DNA from: Bispira polyomma
Lineage: Eukaryota
DNA: 64,000 bases
Assembly: GCA_965649765.1 (NCBI GenBank)
Contig: OZ287756.1
Span: 56,234,001-56,298,000, forward strand
Direction: 5' to 3'
The notes beneath the pieces were generated by a model. That model was not told where the DNA came from, did not search any database, and saw only the letters and a list, made by a program, of their open reading frames with translations. A program made the translations under genes and the position numbers. Below are positions 51,601 to 60,529 of the stretch, one piece after another (the stretch's first letter is position 1; every line of letters starts with the position of its first letter).

Positions 51601-54600
51601 TGTGGGTACCCGGATTTGAGAAGGTCAGAAGTTTGCGCTTAGTCAGGCCCCAATTTGTTTACCCATCACACCCCTTGTAGTAGAAAATAGACCACCTGTT
51701 TATGGTTAACAGTCCAATTTTCTCGTCTCAGTAAGAAACCCTATAGAACCTGTAAACATACTGCACCTCCACCTTCATACTTTAAAATTCAGGCTATTAT
51801 AAATATTATAAATTTTTAAATTCTAAAACACTTGGTTTCCACAAGTAAAAATAGCTTATAATATTCCATTTTTGACCCAACTTCTGGTATAACATGTAAC
51901 ATGTGTACATGAGCTGCAGTTTTTAACCGGAAATATAGTTCTCAAAAGGCTGTTCAAGTTAAAAAAGGTAACATATTATATGTATAAACAGTAAACACTG
52001 TATTAAACAAAGATCCCAACCCACGACCTTAGATTTAGAAGGCGTGTGCATTAACCGCTATGCCGCTGAGACTTCCATCTAGTGTATGACGATAATGGTA
52101 CTGGTCACTCTTGAAAGTGTTTGGTTTTTGGCTTTTTTTACAAAATCGATAAGGACTGTCAGTTTGGTCAGATTTGTGACAGCTTTTCTCTTTTAAACAC
52201 TCCTCAAAGATGAAGCGACATGCATTTTGAAACTATTAATCTGTTTCTAAATTTAATAAATTAATTGTAAATAAATGTTCATAAAAACCCTGCCTCACCA
52301 TTAAGCATATTAACAAAAGTGTCTATATTATCATTACACAAACCTCAAACACCTCCACCATTTTCTTTCCCCCTGCATATAATAGTTAGCAAACATAAAC
52401 AGTATACGGTCAGTTCTTGACAGTCCCAGCGCCACCTTGTGTTAAGTGTATTGGCACTACCTGATCTGTTTACTATGTAATCACTGCTGTTTGACGGTGT
52501 GTGGTCAGGCACAGATTCCTCAGACCGGGAACGTCTGAGCTTGTCACGCACTTTACCTAATCCACGCCAATTGAATCACACATGTACACATAATGCCAAA
52601 TATAGATATATATGTATAACACATTATACTAGATATAATTAATTTCCTTATAGACAATGATTAATAATTTAATATATAGTCACATTAATTATATAAAAGT
52701 CGGCCCTGTCTGGATATTGAAGGGGTAATTTGACAACTGCTATTTAAATGTTAAACTTGTGTTTAACCCCTAACAGTCCTTCTAACACGTTAACCACAAA
52801 ATAGTTTACTAGTTCCCTGGCAGTCTCACTTCAAAGGCTTTCACCTGGTATCGACAGAAAATTACTAAAGTCCTATTTAACCATTAACCTTGCTAATACT
52901 TTACCAGATCCCTAACAGTCCTACTTCTAACCTGTTTAGATAATACCTATCTAATACTTTACAAGACACCTACTAGTGCTATATATAATTCTGAACTTAT
53001 CAAGTACTTTACCACATCCCTAACAGTTCTATGTCTAACCCTTTTCCTAATTTACCAGTTACCCACCAGTTCCATTTCACCTCCCCACTACTTATTATAC
53101 TCAATATACCATACCATACATATTACATACATATCTGCCATTATCTGGCTATAGCACTGGTGTGTCACCACATCTAAATATCAAAAGACAAAGACATTTT
53201 TTATGCCTACATCGGGACATACCAAGAAATATGAACGTTTTCTTTTTTTGTGAAAAGTGAAGTCAGTTAACTAAAAACAGAAAGTGGGAACAGTTGAATT
53301 GTTCATTGGATCATGTAATAGAAAGATTTATTTAATTTCCAATTGTAATATCTTGTCATTGAGAAAAGTATGTTGGGATAAATATTGAGTTTTCAATATA
53401 TTATTACACCCGTAGTAATAGCGCAGTTACCCAGCCATCTTTAGTTCACACCAGTTCTCCACCAATAATATATTAATATCCAAAGAAAAGCCGAGGACTT
53501 AACCTTTCTCTGGCATGAAAGGAAAACAAAAAAAACACATCCAGTGTTTTTCCACCACAAAAATTCTGTACTCTCTGTACTAAATAATGTGTGTGTTCAC
53601 ATTCAGGCCATACTTCCAGTAGGTGCCGGAGAGAGTTTTGTCCACACATTTAGGTCAGGTATAGTAAATAGGCACGCACTACCTCTCTAAAGAGCCAATG
53701 AACTGACTCTCTATTACTTCAAACATGTTGAGAGATCATATTGTTCCGATAAGAGGAATTTCTCTTCTGTTTTTTTTAAGTAAAAAAACAATAGGAAAAA
53801 TAATGTACATTTGAAAGTGTGTGTGTGTGTGTTCATAAAAACAGAAGTTCAGATAACAGAGGTTATACTATCATTATAATTTGGCACTGAAAGTTAGGGA
53901 AGAATTATAAACCATATTTAAATGTCATATTGGTGATCATGAGTAAGATGAAACACTTGCAGAAATCTCTGTGATTTAAAGGCTTTTACAAACTGTGCAT
54001 TACAAAAACCAAAGCAATTTATAATGACAACTAATGCTGGGATCAGAGGCAGTGTTTCGAAATCGAGGATCGAAGTCTGCGGACCGAGTTGAACTCGAGT
54101 CGACTCGAGTGTGAAATATACGTGAGATGTATATTATGATACTTGTCCAGGTAGTTTTTACACATGTTGAGATGATAGTGATTTATACCAATCATTTTAA
54201 TCCATTATAGGTTTATTTAAACATTATAATATAAAAAGATACTTAAAATAATGAAATAATATGAAATAATCAATGCTCATATGAACGCTGTTTAAGGTAT
54301 ACCGGCTGTTACGTCAAGTGTGACGTTGTTTATGTCTGTTAAATGTCACAAAGTAAAGTTGCAAGTAAGATCAGGGAAAAAACTTGTTATGGTAAGCAAT
54401 AAAACAACTAATAATAATTAAAATAACCTTTATTATGAAGGTAGTAAATCATTGAAGATTTCGGCCATATTTGAGAGTGACTTTTAGTACTCGATGTTTC
54501 CCTATATATCGCCCACCGAGTCCCGACTCGAGTTACCGTCAACTCGTCCCAGCATTAATGACAACAATCTATTGAAGGCCTTTCCCATATGCAGTTGAGC

Positions 54601-54774
54601 ACACACTACACACAGTGTACTTACGAGGTCTCTGCGACTCCTCTGCTATGCTTTGCTGGTTAGTACTGTCCCTGTTCTTGTGCTTGTGATGTCTACGCTT
54701 GTGGCGTTTGCCCTGGTTGGGGAAGTGTAGGCCTACGTACATGGCCTGGTTCTGCCATCTGTCTGTGTGATGAC
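1..54774 (-). CDS. SLC4A10: SLC4-family Na+-driven chloride/bicarbonate exchanger-like gene (SLC4A7/8/10, NDAE1 type), partial and multi-exon
   Basis: GT-AG exons join in frame and give hallmark SLC4 motifs: [135 protein letters not shown] matches the electroneutral NCBTs rather than NBCe1 (SSTGP) or the AEs (GFSGP). The symbol is approximate: invertebrate genes are co-orthologous to SLC4A7/8/10. Confidence 0.95.
272..434. mobile_element. Tc1/pogo(Tigger)-like MITE
   Basis: tacagtatgacctctatt...aatagaggttccact termini; interior similar to the copies at 3186-3370 and 13615-13790. Confidence 0.55.
604..737 (-). CDS. SLC4A10: SLC4 exon (TM2-3): [44 protein letters not shown]
   Basis: ccctttcacag| acceptor, AG|gtaagt donor, phase 0-2; QPL and STGP ion-site motifs. 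Confidence 0.97.
1665..2105. mobile_element. hAT-like MITE
   Basis: Imperfect TIR (tagtggtggaa / ttcccaacacca); 8-bp TSD attaagga/attacgga (7/8). Confidence 0.55.
2186..2360 (-). CDS. SLC4A10: SLC4 exon (TM1): [58 protein letters not shown]
   Basis: acacag| acceptor, |gtaagt donor, phase 2-0. Confidence 0.97.
2761..3038 (-). mobile_element. Full-length tRNA-derived SINE with 15-bp TSD
   Basis: Minus strand begins GGGGCCACGGTGGCCTAGTGG (A box), GTTTGAATCC (B box), A-rich tail; TSD tcaatggtggaagaa at 2746-2760 and 3039-3053. Confidence 0.9.
3819..4150 (-). CDS. SLC4A10: SLC4 exon: [43 protein letters not shown]...Gly-rich linker...LERTGR
   Basis: gttag| acceptor, AG|gtatga donor, phase 0-2. 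Confidence 0.97.
4757..5060. repeat. Tandem degenerate duplicates (~150-160 bp) of the 3' end and donor of exon 5061-5306, spaced by CA-rich DNA
   Basis: 4893-4958 matches 5053-5118 (ctcatcagacatcagtgtagc...gtacct.tccttatgtc); an older copy lies at 4757-4828. Confidence 0.85.
5061..5306 (-). CDS. SLC4A10: SLC4 exon: [29 protein letters not shown]...[17 protein letters not shown]...[11 protein letters not shown]
   Basis: ttccag| acceptor, GAG|gtgggt donor, 246 nt, phase 0-0. Confidence 0.97.
5906..6012 (-). CDS. SLC4A10: SLC4 exon: [36 protein letters not shown]
   Basis: gtttatag| acceptor, AAG|gtaata donor; phase 1-0 supplies the frame change needed to reach the next exon. Confidence 0.85.
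6636..6857. mobile_element. Harbinger-like MITE (GGCCGTATTCAC TIR family)
   Basis: gccgtattcac ... atgaatacggcc; interior similar to 48928-49169. Confidence 0.7.
7193..7549. mobile_element. hAT-like MITE (AGTGGGTAAAT TIR family)
   Basis: agtgggtaaat ... atttacccact; reverse-oriented relative at 22736-23070. Confidence 0.65.
8170..8265. repeat. ~32-bp tandem repeat x3 (gtaccttgggtgggtatatgaatcacctttgt)
   Basis: Visible tandem copies. Confidence 0.85.
8470..8715. repeat. ~30-bp minisatellite (cccaaagtacttgtttacaaagtac...)
   Basis: About 8 degenerate tandem copies. Confidence 0.8.
9792..10072. mobile_element. hAT-like MITE (tagggctg...cagcctta); related copy at ~990-1251
   Basis: Short TIR and shared subterminal ctcgagtact motifs in both copies. 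Confidence 0.55.
10491..10547 (-). CDS. SLC4A10: Putative 57-nt cassette exon [19 protein letters not shown]
   Basis: cctatttttctag| acceptor, G|gtttgc donor, phase 1-1; YxRRxSTPHAL motif shared with exon 13898-13951. Confidence 0.75.
12910..13245. repeat. ~42-43-bp minisatellite (acaccatatcagaaactatcagaaacgttattatctcaccatg)
   Basis: About 8 tandem copies. Confidence 0.9.
13306..13565. mobile_element. Harbinger-like MITE
   Basis: cag|gggccgtattc...ctcaagctc / gagcttgag...gaatacgacc inverted termini. Confidence 0.65.
13615..13790. mobile_element. Tc1/pogo-like MITE with TA ends
   Basis: tacagcagaacc ... gtttctactgta. Confidence 0.65.
13898..13951 (-). CDS. SLC4A10: Putative 54-nt cassette exon [18 protein letters not shown]
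   Basis: ttttctgttccag| acceptor, G|gtctga donor, phase 1-1; peptide paralogous to exon 10491-10547. Confidence 0.75.
17254..17376 (-). CDS. SLC4A10: Putative His-rich cassette exon [41 protein letters not shown]
   Basis: ttgtctgtctctcactcaccag| acceptor, GC-rich open frame in phase 1. The donor is uncertain: G|gtgaca at 17254 or CAG|gttttc at 17239; both preserve the frame. Confidence 0.65.
17565..17782 (-). mobile_element. tRNA-SINE copy
   Basis: Minus-strand TGGCCTAGTG A box and GGTTCGAATCC B box; same body as 2761-3038. Confidence 0.75.
18958..21163 (+). mobile_element. Non-autonomous Helitron/Helentron-like element carrying a satellite array
   Basis: Inserted at AA^TT with no TSD; 3' (GCG)n microsatellite followed by subterminal hairpin aagcgccctt-ttc-aagggacgctt. 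Confidence 0.6.
19085..20260. repeat. ~142-bp tandem satellite, about 8.5 units
   Basis: gagctcgaaatcgctctatctagcaccgtttccgagata...aattcaagatggccg repeated at ~142-bp spacing. Confidence 0.95.
22736..23070. mobile_element. hAT-like MITE (AGTGGGTAAATT family)
   Basis: gtgggtaaattgttta ... taaacaatttacccac. Confidence 0.65.
23263..23497 (-). mobile_element. Degenerate tRNA-SINE
   Basis: Body motifs (ctgtaaaccacccacctgcagcaagt, gggtgagaggc) shared with the other SINE copies. Confidence 0.55.
23691..23717 (-). CDS. SLC4A10: Putative 27-nt microexon (G)PVERLKYE
   Basis: Long pyrimidine tract ttcctctccttgtatctctag|, AAG|gtaaca donor, phase 1-1, open frame. Confidence 0.65.
25034..25108 (-). CDS. 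SLC4A10: SLC4 exon: [25 protein letters not shown]
   Basis: tttctccag| acceptor, G|gtaagg donor, 75 nt; VRSxADIGK motif. Confidence 0.92.
25598..25780 (+). mobile_element. Degenerate tRNA-SINE of a second family (possibly Deu/Nin-like core)
   Basis: tggccaagcaggtaa A-box-like, gggtttcaatccc B-box-like, downstream ggcaggctaaagaacc. Confidence 0.5.
25955..26535 (-). mobile_element. Two tRNA-SINE copies (25955-26180 and ~26395-26535)
   Basis: ggattcaaacccacatt B-box complement, aaccact A-box complement, gcccc 5' end. Confidence 0.7.
26604..26714 (-). CDS. SLC4A10: SLC4 exon: [37 protein letters not shown]
   Basis: tttttgcag| acceptor, G|gtcagt donor, 111 nt; KHRHQ motif of the SLC4 Nt domain. 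Confidence 0.92.
27544..27704 (-). CDS. SLC4A10: SLC4 exon: [53 protein letters not shown]
   Basis: gtcag| acceptor, G|gtgagt donor, phase 2-1. Confidence 0.96.
27736..28620. mobile_element. hAT-like MITE containing an old L2/CR1 3' fragment
   Basis: caggggtcgatgt / acattgaccctg TIR; repeated gtagtctg/cagactac subterminal motifs. Confidence 0.55.
27810..28255 (+). mobile_element. 5'-truncated L2/CR1 LINE fragment
   Basis: Encodes ...APKLWNDLP...[16 protein letters not shown], similar to the C-terminus of the 34.7-37.5 kb LINE; (gatta)n tail. Confidence 0.75.
28680..29740. repeat. 80-bp minisatellite abutting the exon donor (9 near-perfect units 29021-29740 plus degenerate units), with 240-bp higher-order period
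   Basis: ctgtcagttttaagccctattagtaccagtgtttatctatcacccctgtgccacacttaagtgactgtatgtgtttttac; a variant unit recurs at 29021, 29261 and 29501. Confidence 0.97.
29741..29879 (-). CDS. SLC4A10: SLC4 exon: [46 protein letters not shown]
   Basis: cccttgtag| acceptor, AG|gtaaaa donor, phase 1-2. Confidence 0.95.
30365..30733. mobile_element. hAT-like MITE
   Basis: tagtgggtaaatt/aatttacccacta TIR; TSD ctttttac/ctttttcc; homologous to 18594-18957. Confidence 0.8.
32151..32503. mobile_element. Harbinger-like fold-back MITE with long internal inverted repeats
   Basis: cag|gggccgtattcac...gtgaacacggccc|ctg; interior ttcttatacttagaatta repeats are mirrored. Confidence 0.85.
32505..33315. mobile_element. 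Cluster of short Harbinger-like MITEs (aaatctagcacaaaagtat core family)
   Basis: Copies at ~32505-32592, ~32906-33018 and ~33021-33312 ending in tgaatac..ccc. Confidence 0.6.
32651..32738 (-). CDS. Candidate alternative first exon ([29 protein letters not shown]) or 63-nt cassette (32651-32713)
   Basis: In-frame ATG at 32738, internal ttctgttccag acceptor, A|gtaggt phase-1 donor compatible with exon 29741-29879. Confidence 0.4.
34372..37710 (+). mobile_element. L2/CR1-clade non-LTR retrotransposon (LINE), near full length, decayed
   Basis: APE motifs (NARS, VTETH, GGGV, YRP, GDFN, ILDLI, SDH) and RT motifs ([40 protein letters not shown]); 3' stem-loop gcgccttagagtcccctt..aaggggagattaagcgc and (ATTACA)-like tail. 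Confidence 0.95.
34716..37557 (+). pseudogene. LINE APE-RT ORF broken by frameshifts (~35450, T-run ~36100, ~36955) and an internal RT deletion (~36545)
   Basis: Five consecutive ORF pieces; the STETAL/LDLSAAFD segment is missing between DNPYQ and FGVPQGS. Confidence 0.9.
38178..38555. repeat. 45-bp minisatellite (24+21 subunits)
   Basis: gagtggctagttacattgaatgactggctacatgtattactcaat, about 8 copies. Confidence 0.9.
39696..39808. mobile_element. Short Harbinger-like MITE
   Basis: cag| ... |ctg flanks; gacattgtcctaaatctag..aaagtatgctagat core. Confidence 0.7.
40615..41256. mobile_element. MITE hosting the 40665-40958 insertion
   Basis: aaactttaaactcaccaga / tctggtgagttttaagttt inverted termini. 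Confidence 0.55.
40665..40958. mobile_element. PIF/Harbinger (Tourist-like) MITE, TAA TSD
   Basis: taa|gcctacgcttcc ... aagcgcaggc|taa; gtcggccga motifs. Confidence 0.75.
41714..42062. mobile_element. PIF/Harbinger (Tourist-like) MITE, TTA TSD
   Basis: tta|gcctatgcctcctttcagca ... tgctaaaaggaagcgtaggc|tta; homologous to 40665-40958. Confidence 0.8.
44270..44354 (+). repeat. Polypurine G-rich tract (G-quadruplex potential)
   Basis: Many G3-G10 runs separated by short A/AG loops. Confidence 0.7.
44545..44710 (-). mobile_element. tRNA-SINE copy with internal deletion
   Basis: Same tail and body motifs as 2761-3038. Confidence 0.6.
48928..49169. mobile_element. Harbinger-like MITE, CAG TSD
   Basis: cag|gagactgtattcac...gtgaatatagcccc|cag. 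Confidence 0.75.
54032..54557. mobile_element. hAT MITE with perfect 8-bp TSD
   Basis: atgacaac|taatgctggga ... tcccagcatta|atgacaac; ctcgag subterminal repeats. Confidence 0.88.
54625..54774 (-). CDS. SLC4A10: SLC4 exon (N-terminal): [33 protein letters not shown]...SQRP
   Basis: ctttag| acceptor, C|gtaagt donor, 150 nt, phase 1-1; resembles the YxGxH plus His/basic N-terminal segment of NCBTs. Confidence 0.88.
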
Positions 54775-54854
54775 CTAAAGCAGAACAAAACACAAGGGTA
54801 GTCACATTGTCACGCCAGGCACTGGAATAGTCTCCCAGTTCAGCTAACATCACT

Positions 54855-55289
54855 TAAGTGAGTGTTTCCATGCAGGTAATTTTCTGAGGCGATCAGGCGA
54901 CGGCGATTCTATCAGTTCAATTGATTTATAACCAAGTGTTTCCATGTGAGCAACGCTGATGGGCGACGGGCAATGCCAGGCGTTTTCCGGTACTATGAGC
55001 GAAAAAAATTGCCTGGCATTGCCCTCTGCCGTTGTAAACATTGCCGATATTTAAAAAATAACTCACTGAAGGTAAAAATTTCGTGAAAATATGGTGAGAA
55101 GTTGAGAGCACTTATTTCATTGGGTTTATGCTGCTTTTTGTTGCATCAAAATTGGTTGAGAAATGATTAAAATATTTAAGTTTAAACACAGGTATCCAGT
55201 TTTCTCAAATATTGCATAAACATAAATAATTGCCGTTGGCCGTCGCCTGATTGCCCATCGGCAATTGCCGACATGGAAACATACAGTTA
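54855..55289. mobile_element. MITE (tgtttccatg TIR); fragmentary relative at 48220-48345
   Basis: tgtttccatg...aggcgacggc / gccgtcgcct...catggaaaca inverted ends. Confidence 0.7.
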
Positions 55290-55457
55290 GTCTAGTAGAA
55301 ACACTTTCTAGGCTTAGGAGAAAACTTTAACCTGTCTCTTTAAACATGTATCTGGCTTAATTTCAGGGTATGAATATTTAGGATAATAATTATGTACAGT
55401 TAATGCCTGGGTCCTCTTTTAATTTGAATTTGTTCTTAAATAATCAACTGACACCAG

Positions 55458-55698
55458 GGCTGGTATTCTCGAATGTATACTTAGCTAAACTCATACTCAA
55501 CTCATATCTGGTTTCTCTATAACTCTGGATACGGTAAATATATCTAAAATCTGACTCCATATTTGAATTAAGTGTTAAAAGCTCTATTAAAACGAATGGT
55601 CATAAGTATAGGATATTTCCATGTACAATCATTTCCACATGGCCTATATTTGAGTTGAGTATGAGTTTAAGCTGAGTATACTTTCGAGAATACGGACC
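55458..55698. mobile_element. Harbinger-like MITE with ~45-bp TIR, CAG TSD
   Basis: cag|ggctggtattctcgaa.gtatactt.agctaaactcatactcaactc ... gagttgagtatgagtttaagctgagtatactttcgagaatacggacc|cag. Confidence 0.85.
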
Positions 55699-58159
55699 CA
55701 GTTTTTCTGACTTAAAGCTTAAACATGAAGACTACATAACTATCTAACTACAGTATTCAAGACACAAGGGCAAGGTTGGGCCTGAGATGCCCTTATCTAT
55801 CCCGCCATCTCCTCATTGGTAAAGCTCCACAGATCACATGGACACAGTATGCTCTGATAAAACCCACCTAGTGTCATTAATTAGTACTTTTTCTTTCTCT
55901 CTGCTTAGTTTTTGGCCTACCTCATTAATCTCTATGTTTACAAGAGGTGAAGGGAGCCTTTTCTCACACACACAAAGCTGGCAAGTTCTTATACACAGTG
56001 CATACACCTCCTTAAAACACTGACATACCATTCACTAGTAGTGTTCTTACACAAGTATCAGGTCAAATTTGTACAAACAACCTAGGCCCTCTCTCTCTTA
56101 TATAATTTGCAATTATAATTAATATAATATTTAGAGGGATGTGGCAGTCTGTTCTGGGTGTATATTGGTATCTATGGCTTTTGCATTTTCATTTTTATTA
56201 CAAAGCGAAATGTCAACTGTGTCAGTCAATCACTTGCTTCTTACACATACTACCTTAATTATTTAAATCAAGTGCACCTCAAATATATCACATGTCCAAA
56301 GTTGGTTGAATTTGTGGGCTGTTTAAAGACCAACTTGCACATTGTAGCAACTTTCTGTGAAAAGAATGCATATACAGAAAAGTTTCAATTGATCACATCC
56401 ACTATGTAGGCAATATCAACAACAGAACTCAAAAACGTATTACTAGAAGCAAAAGTATTTCATTGAGATAAGTTATGAAAAGTATCATGTCATTTAAGTT
56501 TTAACAGAAATTTAAATTTCGACTAAAGGCCTTTAAAGTTTAATTTCAGTTGACAACTTGACATCAAATTTTATCTCATCCATTTTGTTCGACTGACAAT
56601 TTGTGACAAAGGGCATACAACAGTCTACACTGAGTCAGGGATTAAAATCCCTAATATTTCTAAAAGTATGTAAGTATTCTTACAAAATTCCTTGTGACCA
56701 AAGCAAATATGAAACTGAAACTCCCAGATACATTTTGGCAGACCTTACAATAAACTCACAAATTAATACGTTGAAAAAATTGAAATAGTTTGATTTTCGG
56801 TTTTGATCATGTTCTTTGTTGATAATGTTTGAAATAGTATGCAGTATGATTTCTTTGTATTTTTTGTTTATATTTTCTTCATAACATTCTTTGGTACAGA
56901 GCCATGTTATCACTCGAGATTGCAAACGAAAGGAGGATTAATAGATTATAATTTTATTTGACAGACTTTTAAACTTTTGTCAAAATAATGCAACATAAAG
57001 TTTCTTCCGAAAAACATAAGACAGATATTGAAGTGTATTTACCAAAGAAACTACAGATAATAGAATTAGCCCCACAAATCTCTTGCATCTGTGGGATGGT
57101 TTCTGCAACTGTTGTCAATGAAGTGTCAATTTCTTACTGTATAGTTATAGCAATCTGAGATTACTTTTTGTTATCATAAAAATTAAACATAATCTGAGAT
57201 TACTTTTTGTTATCATAAAAATTAACATAAATTAGTATTTTTAGCTTAGAAATTTGTGTCAATTAAATCTCTAATTTTTTTTACATTTTAATTTATATTG
57301 TGACACAAATATATATTTGGGAAACAGGTGTCCACAACTACGTTAGCGTATACGATATAAAAACACCTATAATGTGCCTTTTAACAATCATAGCTTAATA
57401 TGTATCGATTCATATTGAAGGTCAACCGTCTTTGAGATTACACAATATTGGTTAATGGTTATCTACCACGACTTTTTAAATAATGGCGATCCCTATCGGA
57501 TGCAATGTTTAAACAACAAATTTTTATTTTGTCACCAAAAAAAGTTAAAAGATTATATAAATTTAAACTTTGAGTGGTATCATTAATTACAAGGACTGTT
57601 AAATAGGGTCAATCATGATGTTGTAGTATAATACCATTGATATTATTCTACCCCATTTATCACCCACCAGTCTCAACCTTAAAATAGTGGCTGCCTTCTC
57701 AATTTCTGTTCTGGGTATATATCTGGGTATTTATTTAGATAAGCTAACAGCTACTTCAAACTGATAATGACAATTGCCTTACGATATTCTAGTTGAAGCC
57801 TATCAATTGATAAATGTACGACAGCATTATGTTATTTCTTCACAAAAAGCCTCCTTAAAGCTTATCTCTTACTGCAGTTATCAATTACACAACCAACCAG
57901 TTGGTCTGATTGCCAATATTCACTGACATTAACACAAGCTTCAATTGACTTTGAAGATCTCCTTTAACCAGAAATTATTTTACGTCGCTGTTTAAGTTTT
58001 TTATATTCTGAATTTTAATAAAAAAGAAAAACCAGTTTAAAATCTTCAAACCAGTTGTTGATTCTAAAATAAATGTGTAAATGTTGCATCATACCACTTC
58101 CAATATGTAAATAGATTGGAATTCTTCATTAGTTCACATGTCCACTGTCCAGCACAATA

Positions 58160-58620
58160 TGCATCGGCTCCCTGTTGAACAGCGTTCAGTGTTTAAAACA
58201 GCTACACTTGTTTATAAGTTTCTTCACACCAGGTTTCCAAGGTATTTGGCCCCATATCTTTCCTCTTACAGTAGTTCTAATAATACCAGACGTTCCAAAG
58301 TTCCACCCGTCTACTCAAAAGTCAGTTAAATAGTTTGGTCACAGCTTTGCTTTTGATGCTCCCATTGTTTGGAATGGTCTTCCTGATGTGATTCGTGCTT
58401 CCCCCTCAATAGCCTCTTTTAGAAAGCAGCTTAAAACCCACTTGTACACCAAAGCATACCTACCTTAGTCTTAATCATCCCCCGGCGCGCTCTGTGGTGC
58501 TCGACCCTTTTCTGTCCCTTGATATTGGAAATTGGATTACTGTCTTTGTGCTGTTGCGCCTTAGAGTCCCTTTAGTTAAGGGGAGATTAAGTGCTATAAA
58601 AGTCTAATTACAATTACAAT
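58160..58620 (+). mobile_element. 5'-truncated copy of the same L2/CR1 family as 34372-37710
   Basis: Close match to 37220-37710 including the 3' UTR hairpin; attacaattacaat tail. Confidence 0.92.
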
Positions 58621-58654
58621 ACTGATTTAGTTGGCAAGTTTTGTTGTATTTATG

Positions 58655-58840
58655 AAAGCTTAAACTTAAGATATTAAAGGAGCTGAAACTCAAGATATTA
58701 AAGAAGCTTAAAATTAAGATATTAAAGCTTAAACTCAGGATATTAAAATAGCTTAAACTTAAGATATCAAAGCTCAAACTCAAGATATTAAAGGAGCTTA
58801 AACTTAAGATATTAAAGGAGCTTAAACACAATATATTAAA
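58655..58840. repeat. 21/24-bp minisatellite (agcttaaacttaagatattaaagg)
   Basis: About 8 tandem copies. Confidence 0.88.
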
Positions 58841-59081
58841 GACTTGTTTCTGAGATGGTTCATAACTTAATACTAAATGCCTGGGTAGAAGGTTAGACGT
58901 TTGAGATTACTCAGGTTTTTCAGACACTTAAGTTCAGCTCCAGTTTACCTCCACAAATCTGAAGTTCGATATCGTAAAACTACAGCCGATCCCAGTACTA
59001 ACCGACATTCTATTTCCCCAAAACTTGATTCTACAAACAAATAGACAAAGTTAAAAAAACTAGCGGACCCAAATCTTGAAT

Positions 59082-59263
59082 TACAGTAGACTATTATTTA
59101 ACTAGACCCTCTAATATCCACACGGTTTGGTTCTAGTTATTGCTAACTTCCACTTGTACCTACAAAAATACAGCATTTTCTGATGTTGGGACCTCAAAAA
59201 TGGTGTCACATAATATACCTACATTTGACCTCCACTGGTTCTACTAATACAGAGTCCACTGTA
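59082..59263. mobile_element. Tc1/pogo-like MITE; inverted relative at 62347-62525
   Basis: tacagtagact ... agtccactgta; shared taatatcca..cggtt and ttgggacct interior motifs. Confidence 0.6.
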
Positions 59264-59466
59264 TAGACAACACAAGAATTTCTATTAGTGTTCCTACTTT
59301 GTCTAGTACTACAATAGAACCTCTATTTTTATCCAAACATGTTGCAAGAACAAGATATGATTTTTATTTTGAAAATTATTTAGATATTTTTATACATGAT
59401 AAAACGTAAAAATGTAAATTTAGGAGAAGGAAACACCTGAATGTTTGGATAACATAGAAGTTTGAA

Positions 59467-60529
59467 TACTAAGTGGTTCGGCTGAAAAGTTTAAAGACTT
59501 ACGCGAAATATCCTCCTCGCCGATGTGGCCGCGTGCAAAGGACCCCCGGTCCCTAAGCGGCTGGTCTTCCATCTCGTTAGACATGTTTTCTCTCTTCCTC
59601 AGTTACCAGGGTCACTCTGTCAAAGCCTGTAGAACATTCGGGGTGGAGAGGCGTCTGCTTGTAATGTATTCAAACTCACGGTCACGTTCGGCTATACTTC
59701 AACCTTTACTTTATATGTTTTTATGGGTTCAGCACCGATGCCAAATGTAATCACACCTTTTTTCCAAACCACAGACCAACTGCAACAGTACTGTCTATCC
59801 AAATGACTGCAATCGCTTTTTAGGCACTGTCGGTTCTGCTACCAAAAGCTGTTGGCAACTTTGCAAGTACTAAAATGGAAGGTATATAGAGTTCGCCCGA
59901 CTCTTTTCAAATTGAAGTTTCCTCTGTCAGAGCTATATGGAGAACTATATCTATATATATATAGACACTTTAAGCAAGCAGAGACGTGTTGAACTGTTGC
60001 TGCTGTACAGCTGTCCAAAGCTCCCAATGTGGCTGGATATTTATCCTAGTGTACAATACGCGCACATACGGTACATTCACCTCACCGGCGACATCCACAA
60101 GAGAATCCTCAATGAAGTCCGATTTTGTCAGTAAGTTACCCAAGGCTGTGTGAAAAAAACAAGCGTGCGCAACTCTTCACAAACAATCTTGTCCAATGTG
60201 TGCGTCAGGTCCTCCGATTAAGTGAGTGGCACAAAATATTATCTGTGTGGTGTTTTTTTCACCAACAAAAAACTCATTCTTTTTAAAGTTTGTTTTTGAA
60301 CTAGTGTGTATTGTCCCAGCAGCAAGTGGTCACCTACTAACCAACTGAACGTTGTGGTTTTTAAGGAGACTCACAGATGCATTCAAAAGCCTCAGCTTCT
60401 TCAGAAGGAAGATCCAGCGATTACCTAAGATAAAAAACAAATAAGCAAAAAATTATATTGTAGCGATGTTTAAGTTTAATTTTTAAGGTGAACAAAATTA
60501 AGTCTAAACTTTTCTTTGGTTGATTAGTA
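59467..60529 (-). mobile_element. Highly decayed mariner-like DNA transposon
   Basis: tacta...gaaaagttta(a)agactta inverted ends; remnant SSPYSSD peptide (cf. mariner PYSPDL) on the minus strand. Confidence 0.4.

Noticed and set aside
58604-58831. ORF of SSFNILSL repeats
   Set aside because: Minisatellite artefact
60375-60424. Exon-like 50-nt segment with good acceptor and gtgagt donor as a possible upstream SLC4 exon
   Set aside because: The frame needed for a phase-1 exit starts with TAA, and it lies inside the decayed mariner-like element
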